This document shows, in pieces, positions 1 through 6,310 of a DNA stretch of 40,419 nt. This DNA is from Gemmatimonadota bacterium. GTDB lineage: Bacteria > Gemmatimonadota > Gemmatimonadetes > Palauibacterales > Palauibacteraceae. The stretch covers positions 1 to 40,419 of the forward strand of contig JBDHFS010000002.1 in assembly GCA_039590285.1 (NCBI GenBank), given 5' to 3'. Under the pieces are notes generated by a model. That model made no database searches. It saw nothing but the letters and a program-made list of their open reading frames with translations, and had not been told where the DNA came from. How positions within the stretch are numbered: the first letter of the stretch is position 1; every line of letters begins with the position of its first letter. A program made the translations under genes and the position numbers.

Positions 1-2
1 GT

Positions 3-188
3 ACCGCTTCTGGCCCATCTGATGCCCCCTGTTCCCGGGTCTCCACCGATCCCCATACTAACTCAGAGATCGGTAGCGTTTCAGGGGGTCAGGTCACGTT
101 TCCCTACGAGCAGCTGCGGGCCATCTTCCAGGCGCTGGTGGAGGAGGCGGAGGGGGAGGGCGGCTTCATGGAGAACTGGGTTGATTGA
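3..188 (+). CDS. 3' end of a gene truncated by the window edge (hypothetical protein, tail ...VTFPYEQLRAIFQALVEEAEGEGGFMENWVD)
   Basis: Frame 3 is open from the window start to TGA at 186-188. It is missing from the ORF track because it has no start inside the window. A paralogous tail recurs at 994-1068 with mainly synonymous or conservative changes, which argues that it is coding. Confidence 0.45.
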   Translation, partial: TASGPSDAPCSRVSTDPHTNSEIGSVSGGQVTFPYEQLRAIFQALVEEAEGEGGFMENWVD

Positions 189-231
189 GAGTGTGTTACG
201 CGGCTGCCGGTTCTGAGGTCGATCCTACCGG

Positions 232-249
232 CTGAGCGGTCCCGCTCAG
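232..249 (+). terminator. Perfect inverted repeat CTGAGCGG-TC-CCGCTCAG 44 nt after the stop of the truncated gene; possible terminator hairpin or protein-binding palindrome
   Basis: Read directly: 8-nt arms, effectively a 7-bp stem with a 4-nt loop. The following sequence (tgaccctcttgg) has only a few T residues and no clear U-tract. Confidence 0.3.
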
Positions 250-438
250 TGACCCTCTTGGAGCCCGGACAGGTCGACCCGGATGCACTCTCGGCCTCGC
301 ACCAGGCACCGTCGGACCCGGTCGGTCCGTCCACTTGGCCCCCGCTTCCCATTCTCTTACTCTGCAACGCAAAGTTGACGTGTGGCTGCGTGGGAAGCGC
401 ATCGCTGGAAGAGGGTCCACGTGCACGGGGAGGTAGTT

Positions 439-930
439 ATGAAGAAGTGGCTGAGACGCATCCGCGGTGCCGTCGGGATGGGCCTGAGCTGGGCTATAGC
501 GTGGTTCGGCGCGGGCGTCCTCCTCGCGCTGGCATTCCCTGGCGCCGCCGACGTCCCCTTTCCCATCGCCTGGGCAGGTTTCGCCTTTGTCGGCGGTGTC
601 ATTTTCTCTACGGTCCTCGGGATTGGTGAGGGCCGTCGTAGGTTCGATCAGATGTCGCTACCGCGCTTTGCAGTGTGGGGGGGCGTTGGGGGTCTTCTGC
701 TGTCCGGGATCTTTGTCTTCGCCGCGGCCCTTCTGGGGGAAACCACACCACTAGAACATCTGGGGTTGTTGGGCCCCGTATTCGCGCTGGCGGGTGCGGG
801 CTCCGCCGCTGGTTCGCTGGCGCTGGCCAGATTGGCGGAGGACAGAGAATTGCTCGACACCAGCGCGGACGTGGCTGAGAAGGGGCTTACAGAAGGCGAG
901 GCGCAGGAGCTGCTCGGAGGCGGGGGCTGA
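439..930 (+). CDS. Hypothetical integral membrane protein (about 4 predicted TM helices, acidic Gly-rich C-terminus)
   Basis: ATG at 439 is preceded by GGGGAGG (427-433) at 5-nt spacing. The product MKKWLRRIRGAVGMGLSWAIAWFGAGVLLALAF... has four hydrophobic stretches. The track ORF 382..930 is the same frame with an upstream alternative start. Confidence 0.7.
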   Translation: MKKWLRRIRGAVGMGLSWAIAWFGAGVLLALAFPGAADVPFPIAWAGFAFVGGVIFSTVLGIGEGRRRFDQMSLPRFAVWGGVGGLLLSGIFVFAAALLGETTPLEHLGLLGPVFALAGAGSAAGSLALARLAEDRELLDTSADVAEKGLTEGEAQELLGGGG

Positions 931-1068
931 TCTCTCCACTCGGATCCAGTCCGCAGCCCTTGGAGAACGTTTGACCGTCCTTCCCCCCGGTAGCTGCGCG
1001 CGATCTTCGAGGCACTCGTGGATGAAGCGGAGGGGGACGGTCGGTTCATGGAATACTGGGTGGCCTAG
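931..1068 (+). pseudogene. Decayed or cut-off coding tail, paralogous to the C-terminus at 111-188, in the same frame as the preceding membrane-protein ORF but separated from it by TGA(928) and TAG(991)
   Basis: Codons 994-1065 read LRAIFEALVDEAEGDGRFMEYWVA, followed by TAG at 1066-1068. The copy at 114-185 reads LRAIFQALVEEAEGEGGFMENWVD. About three quarters of the nucleotides are identical by eye, and most differences are in third positions. Confidence 0.4.
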
Positions 1069-2360
1069 GATCGTCCTGTCGCCGAGATGGCGGCCACGGC
1101 CTCGATCAACCGCTCCACTTCCTCCTCGCTCGTGTAGCAGGCGCAGCCGGCGCGTAGCAGGCCTTGCGGCTCGAGATCGAGCCGGCCGGTCACCAGGGAC
1201 GCGTAGAAGTTCCCGTGTGACAGGAACAGGCCCCAGTCGGACGACAATCGAGCGGCCGCCTGCTCGGGCGAGACTCCGCCTATCGTGAGCGAGAGAGTCG
1301 GGGTACGCGGGGTCCCCGGCGGTGGCCCGTACAGGCGGACTCCCGGAACCTCGGCCAGCCCGCTCCACAGTCTCGAGATCAGCTCATCCCCACGCTGGGA
1401 CAGTCTCGCGAACACCGCGTCCAGCCGCGCTGCCCGGCTACCGTCCGCGGCCAGGGACGCCAGGAAATCCACGGCCGCCCCCGCTCCGGCGATTCCCTCG
1501 TGGTTGAGCGTGCCCGTCTCCCAGCTCTCGGGGGCCGAGTCCGGCGCCGGGGCCAGCTTCGGCGGAACCACCTCACGCAGCAGTTCTCCCCGACCCCACA
1601 GTACGCCCACGTGCGGCCCGTAGAACTTGTACGGTGAGCAGGCCAGGAAGTCGCAACCGAGCGATTCCACGTCGATCCTTTCGTGCGGCGCGAAGTGGAC
1701 AGCGTCAACGAACAGCAGGGCTTCAGCAGACCGAGCCAACTCCCTCACTCGCGCGAGGTCGACTATGGTCCCCAGCGCGTTGGAAGCGGCCGTGACCGCC
1801 ACCAGCCGGGTCCGCGCGGACATGGCCTCCCCGAACGCGCTCCAATCCAGATCTCCCGTCTCGGACACCAGCGGGACCGTTCGGACAACGAGCCCTCTTT
1901 CGGATTCCAGGTCCCGCCACGGCGACACGTTGGCCTGGTGATCCAGCTCGGTGACCACGATCTCGTCCCCCGGCGTCCACATCCGTCCCAGGGCCCGGGC
2001 GGCGTGAAACGTGAGCGTCGTCATGTTGGATCCCAGTACGACCTCGTCCTCGCTCGCTCCGAGGAAGTCGGCGAGGGCGGAGCGACTCGCGGCCAGGATC
2101 TCGTCCAGCTCATGCGACGTATCGTAGGCCCAATGGGCGTTGGCGTTGTGGCGGAGCATCTGCTCGGTGACGGCGTCGGCCACCGCCGCAGGGACCTGGG
2201 TGCCTCCCGGCGCGTCGAAATATCCGACCGTGCCGCTGGAGTGGACTCGCCGCAGGGCGGGGAACGCCGAGCGGATTTCCTCGACGGAGGCGACCGCCCT
2301 TCGAGGAGCGGATGGTCGGCTGGAGGCAGCACGGCCTTGCGGACTGTCGATCACGGGCAC
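1065..2360 (-). CDS. Class V aminotransferase-fold PLP enzyme, cysteine desulfurase-like family
   Basis: 431-aa product with typical class-V/cysteine desulfurase-like blocks (ELDHQANVSPW, FVDAVHFAPH, ACSPYKFYGPHVGVLWG, CYTSEEEVERL). The exact start is uncertain. Confidence 0.85.
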   Translation of the reverse strand: MPVIDSPQGRAASSRPSAPRRAVASVEEIRSAFPALRRVHSSGTVGYFDAPGGTQVPAAVADAVTEQMLRHNANAHWAYDTSHELDEILAASRSALADFLGASEDEVVLGSNMTTLTFHAARALGRMWTPGDEIVVTELDHQANVSPWRDLESERGLVVRTVPLVSETGDLDWSAFGEAMSARTRLVAVTAASNALGTIVDLARVRELARSAEALLFVDAVHFAPHERIDVESLGCDFLACSPYKFYGPHVGVLWGRGELLREVVPPKLAPAPDSAPESWETGTLNHEGIAGAGAAVDFLASLAADGSRAARLDAVFARLSQRGDELISRLWSGLAEVPGVRLYGPPPGTPRTPTLSLTIGGVSPEQAAARLSSDWGLFLSHGNFYASLVTGRLDLEPQGLLRAGCACYTSEEEVERLIEAVAAISATGRS

Positions 2361-2512
2361 CCGCCTTGGACTGGAGTCGCGTTACCGACGCCGTTCATGG
2401 AGCCGGATCCGGGAACCTACGATCGGCCCGGCGCGAACGCAGCGGGCCGCATCCCGGCTCGGACAAATAGTCCCAGGTCGTCCGGCAGGACCCGCATCCC
2501 GGTATCCGTCTG

Positions 2513-2553
2513 AACGTTGTATATATTGTTATTGGACATTAGGTTATGAAAAC
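2513..2553. promoter_or_regulatory. AT-rich island in the divergent intergenic region between the aminotransferase gene and asnA; probable promoter/regulator-binding region
   Basis: aacgttgtatatattgttattggacattaggttatgaaaac is the most AT-rich stretch I saw in the window. It lies between divergently transcribed genes. I could not assign convincing -35/-10 hexamers. Confidence 0.3.
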
Positions 2554-2657
2554 GGCCACGACTTCTTCAAGGTGGCTCGGATCCTGCTATACGACGGCAT
2601 GACGTTCGATCGGACCGCCGGGGCCACCCGGCGCGGCCCGGCACTTTCCATGGAGCG

Positions 2658-3800
2658 ATGACGATGAGCACGATTGCGGACAAGAAGGCCGACTTGGCCG
2701 GACCCGGCGTAAGCACCTACGAGGAAGTCGCCAAGATCCTCCCCACGGACTACCAGCCGTTGCTCAGCCCGAAGGACACAATGAAGGCCCTGTTCGACGT
2801 GAAGCGCTACATCGAGGACGGGCTGGCCCGCGAGCTGAACCTGATGATGATCCAGGTCCCGCTGATCGTGCGCGTGGACAGTGGCGTCAACGACATGCTG
2901 GATCGGGACGGGTCACGCACACCCGTCGAGTTCAGCTGTGGCCTCGGCCTCGACGAGCCGATCCAGGCCAGTGTGGTCCAGGCTGCGACCAAGTGGAAGC
3001 GGATGGCGCTGAAACAGTTCGACTGCGCCGTCGGCGAGGGGATCAACACGGACATGAAGGCCGTCCGGAAGGACTACTTCCTGGATCACGACCACAGCTC
3101 CTACGTGGATCAATGGGACTGGGAGAAGGTCATCACGGCGGACCAGAGAAATCTCGCGTTCCTGAAGGACACGGTTCAGCGGATCTGGAAGGTGCTGAAG
3201 GGCGCGCAGGACTATGCGTTCGAGCGCTTCGCTCAGCTCGACGATCCACGGTATCCCCGTCTTCCCGACGAGCTGGTGTTCATCCACGCGGAGGAGATCC
3301 TCGAGATGTATCCGGATCTTCCGCGGAAGCAGCGTGAGACGAGGATCATCCAGGAGCATCCGGCGGTGTTCATCTACGGGATCGGCTGGCCGCTGGCGGA
3401 CGGCTACCCGCACGAGATGCGGGCGGCCGACTACGACGACTGGATCACCGACACTTCAGCCGAGACGGGTAAAGACACGCACGGCCTGAATGGCGATATC
3501 CTGGTGTGGAACCCGGTAACGAAACGCCGGCACGAGCTGACGTCGATGGGGGTCCGGGTGACGAAGGAGACGCTCGTCAAGCAGCTGCAGATGAGCGGGC
3601 AGATGGACTACCTGGAACAGCCGTATCACCAGGCGATCATGAACGACGAGATCCCGCTGAGTATTGGTGGTGGAATCGGCCAGTCGCGCACGTACATGCT
3701 TCTGCTCCGAAAAGCGCACCTGGGCGAGGTGAGCGTAACCGTGTGGCCTGACCAGCTGAAGGAGATCTGCGAGGAGCGAAATATCGTGGTCCTCGAATAG
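2658..3800 (+). CDS. asnA: Aspartate--ammonia ligase (asparagine synthetase A)
   Basis: Strong similarity to the AsnA family: YVDQWDWEKV, LNGDILVWNPV, SIGGGIGQSRTYMLLL. The second ATG at 2664 has better GGAG spacing and may be the true start. Confidence 0.95.
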   Translation: MTMSTIADKKADLAGPGVSTYEEVAKILPTDYQPLLSPKDTMKALFDVKRYIEDGLARELNLMMIQVPLIVRVDSGVNDMLDRDGSRTPVEFSCGLGLDEPIQASVVQAATKWKRMALKQFDCAVGEGINTDMKAVRKDYFLDHDHSSYVDQWDWEKVITADQRNLAFLKDTVQRIWKVLKGAQDYAFERFAQLDDPRYPRLPDELVFIHAEEILEMYPDLPRKQRETRIIQEHPAVFIYGIGWPLADGYPHEMRAADYDDWITDTSAETGKDTHGLNGDILVWNPVTKRRHELTSMGVRVTKETLVKQLQMSGQMDYLEQPYHQAIMNDEIPLSIGGGIGQSRTYMLLLRKAHLGEVSVTVWPDQLKEICEERNIVVLE

Positions 3801-3825
3801 CCTGACAGGTAACGCAACCGCTACC

Positions 3826-3855
3826 GGCCGCGGGGATCTCCGGATTCCCGCGGCC
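3826..3855 (+). terminator. Strong GC hairpin 26 nt after the asnA stop (putative intrinsic terminator without a clear U-tract)
   Basis: ggccgcggggatc-tccg-gattcccgcggcc forms a 13-bp stem (one G-U pair) with a 4-nt loop. It is followed by tcgccttcc. Confidence 0.45.
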
Positions 3856-3975
3856 TCGCCTTCCGATGGCGGGAGTCGGGCCTTTCGCGCCGCTGGACTG
3901 CGGCGTGTCGGAACTTGGCCCATTTCTGAGAAATGCCACGAAGTGAAGTGGTGTAACGGGCTACGAAATAACAGT

Positions 3976-5820
3976 ATGAAACTGGTGATCATGCTGGCGC
4001 TCGCCGTGGCCGCATGCGAACCTGAGGCCGGCTCGCCGAGGCCGAACATCGTCCTCATCGTGGCGGACGATCTCGGATACGGAGAGCTCGGCAGCTACGG
4101 CCAGAGCCGTATTCGCACTCCTGCCCTCGATCGACTCGCCGAGCAGGGCATGCGCTTCACGCGTCACTACTCGGGTAGTCCGGTGTGCGCTCCGTCCCGG
4201 GCAACACTTCTAACGGGGCTGCATACCGGACACGCCGTCATTCGCGACAACGACGAAATGAGCGAGAGGGGAGACGTGTGGGGTGACACGCTGATCGAGG
4301 GGAACCACCCACTCCCCTCAGGCACGTTTACCATCGGTCGGATGATGCAGGACGCGGGCTACGTGACCGCCGCCATCGGGAAGTGGGGGCTCGGCGGTCC
4401 GGGCGACAGCGGGGAGCCCAATCTGCAGGGTTTCGACCACTGGTTCGGTTACATGTGCCAGCGAGAGGCCCACAACTACTACCCGACGCACCTCTGGCGA
4501 AACGGCCAGAGGGAAGACCTCCCGGGGAACAGTCGCTTCCTGGCCCATCAGCGACTTCCGGCCGACGCTGACCCGAACGACCCGGGCTCCTACACCCCAT
4601 ACGAGGGCCGGACCTACGCCATGGATGTCATGGTGGAGGACGCGGTGGCGTTCATTCGCCGGCACGCCTACGAACCGTTCTTCCTCTACCTGCCGTTCCC
4701 GGTGCCTCACGTGGCGCTCCAGGTGCCCGAGGAGTCGCTTGCCGAGTACGAGGGAGCCTTTCCCGAGACACCGTATCTCGGCGAGCGGGGCTACCTGCCG
4801 CACAGGAGCCCTCGCGCCGCCTACGCGGCCATGATCACTCGGATGGACGACGGGATCGGCCGCATCGTACAGACACTCCAAGACCTCGGGATCGATACGA
4901 GCACGGTCGTGATGTTCACGAGCGACAACGGTCCAACGTTCAACGGCGGGACCGACTCTGACTTCTTCGACAGCACGGGTGGCCTCCGCGGCCTGAAGAC
5001 CATGCTGTACGAGGGTGGGATTCGAGTGCCGCTGATCGTCCGCTGGCCCGGCCGTGTGGCGCCTGGCGGCGTGACGGACCATGTATCCGCGTTCTGGGAC
5101 CACATGACCACCCTGGCTGAGATCGCCGGCGCATCCGGGCCCGCGGAGACGGACGGGCATTCGCTGCTGCCCGTGCTTACGGGCGATTCGACGGCCCAGC
5201 CACGGCACGAGCGCCTGTACTGGGAGTACCACGGCGCCCAGGCCGTGCTCTCCGGTCCGTGGAAGGCCATCCGGGAGAATCCGGATGCTCCCCTGGAGCT
5301 CTACGACCTCGTCTCCGACCCGGCCGAATCACTGGACGTGGCGGCCGGGCATCCGGACGTCGTGGAAGCCATGCTCGGAGCGATGAGTGAAGAGCGCACT
5401 CCGTCAGATTTCTTCCCGCTCGATAGCCTCGCAGCGGGCCGCCTGGCTCGGGTCCGGCGGGCCTGCGGTGTGATCGCCGCGGCAACTCGGGAGGCCTTGC
5501 TTGCCGTGCCGGAGACGGTGGCAGAATCGGGAGGGCCCGGCGCCCCGAGTCCATGGTGTACCGTGAAGCTGCACCAGGACCTGGCGTCCGTACCGGTCGG
5601 AGCCGGCCCGTCCGAGCCTATTCGGGCCGCCTTCCTGGGGTCGGGGTGGACTGAAGACGTCGACGCTGCGGCCGATGGGGCCGGTACGACGGCATTCGCC
5701 TACGAACTGGATGATGTGCGCTGCGAGGTGTCGGCCGGCCGACCCGCGAGTCTGGTGGGCGGCGAGATCGTCGACGACGGCTACGTCTATGTCGAGGCCG
5801 GCTGCTCCGCCGCCGAGTGA
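3976..5820 (+). CDS. Cys-type sulfatase (arylsulfatase A / N-acetylgalactosamine-6-sulfatase-like) lipoprotein with an uncharacterised C-terminal extension of about 130 aa
   Basis: Lipoprotein signal MKLVIMLALAVAAC. Sulfatase signature IVLIVADDLGYGELGSYG and the formylglycine motif CAPSRATLLTG. The canonical sulfatase end is ELYDLVSDPAESLDVAAGHPDVV. The track ORF starts at an upstream GTG (3943). Confidence 0.9.
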   Translation: MKLVIMLALAVAACEPEAGSPRPNIVLIVADDLGYGELGSYGQSRIRTPALDRLAEQGMRFTRHYSGSPVCAPSRATLLTGLHTGHAVIRDNDEMSERGDVWGDTLIEGNHPLPSGTFTIGRMMQDAGYVTAAIGKWGLGGPGDSGEPNLQGFDHWFGYMCQREAHNYYPTHLWRNGQREDLPGNSRFLAHQRLPADADPNDPGSYTPYEGRTYAMDVMVEDAVAFIRRHAYEPFFLYLPFPVPHVALQVPEESLAEYEGAFPETPYLGERGYLPHRSPRAAYAAMITRMDDGIGRIVQTLQDLGIDTSTVVMFTSDNGPTFNGGTDSDFFDSTGGLRGLKTMLYEGGIRVPLIVRWPGRVAPGGVTDHVSAFWDHMTTLAEIAGASGPAETDGHSLLPVLTGDSTAQPRHERLYWEYHGAQAVLSGPWKAIRENPDAPLELYDLVSDPAESLDVAAGHPDVVEAMLGAMSEERTPSDFFPLDSLAAGRLARVRRACGVIAAATREALLAVPETVAESGGPGAPSPWCTVKLHQDLASVPVGAGPSEPIRAAFLGSGWTEDVDAAADGAGTTAFAYELDDVRCEVSAGRPASLVGGEIVDDGYVYVEAGCSAAE

Positions 5821-5919
5821 GGCGGGAGCCGCACGTCCGCGTCCGCCGATTTCCGGGCCGGGAATCAAGGTGAGCCATCTGGCCGGGGACCGTTGACCCG
5901 GACTCGCGAAGGCAGGAAG

Positions 5920-6273
5920 ATGGATCCCATGAAGATACTGAGGATCGTCTCGATCGTTCTGACCTTCCTGCTTCTCGGGGCCCATTTCAGCCGGGCGGGA
6001 ACGGACCTCGTGGCCGTCCTCTGCCTGGTCTTCCCGTTTCTGCTGCTCGTGCGGAAACCGTGGTCGGCCTGGGCGCTGCGCGTCGCGCTCCTGCTGGGGG
6101 GAGTCGAGTGGTTACGGACCCTGGCGCGTCTCGTCTCCGAGCGCCGCAGTGCCGGCGAGGACTGGGTGCGGCTCGCCCTCATTCTGGGCGCGGTCACGCT
6201 CGTCACGTTCGCGGCCGCGAAGGCCGTCCGCGTGCCACGCCGGACGGTCGAACCGGACACCGACCTGGGCTGA
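5920..6273 (+). CDS. Small hypothetical membrane protein (3-4 TM segments)
   Basis: ATG 5920 and ATG 5929 follow aaggcaggaag. The product MDPMKILRIVSIVLTFLLLGAHF... is hydrophobic, and I recognise no family. Confidence 0.55.
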   Translation: MDPMKILRIVSIVLTFLLLGAHFSRAGTDLVAVLCLVFPFLLLVRKPWSAWALRVALLLGGVEWLRTLARLVSERRSAGEDWVRLALILGAVTLVTFAAAKAVRVPRRTVEPDTDLG

Positions 6274-6310
6274 CAAACACATTGCCTGACAGCGGTGAAC
6301 GTCCTGACCG

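Noticed and set aside
928-930. Possibility that the TGA after ...LLGGGG is recoded (Gly or Sec) so that the membrane ORF reads through into the duplicated tail
   Set aside because: TGA clearly acts as a stop throughout the window, with many ATGA/GTGA gene junctions. A second in-frame stop (TAG 991) follows, and no SECIS-like hairpin is evident. Decay or truncation is more parsimonious.
751-1368. 205-aa minus-strand ORF and 164-aa plus-strand ORF (794..1288) spanning the membrane-gene 3' end and the aminotransferase 3' end
   Set aside because: Both run through two better-supported genes in other frames and have an Arg-rich, off-frame composition.
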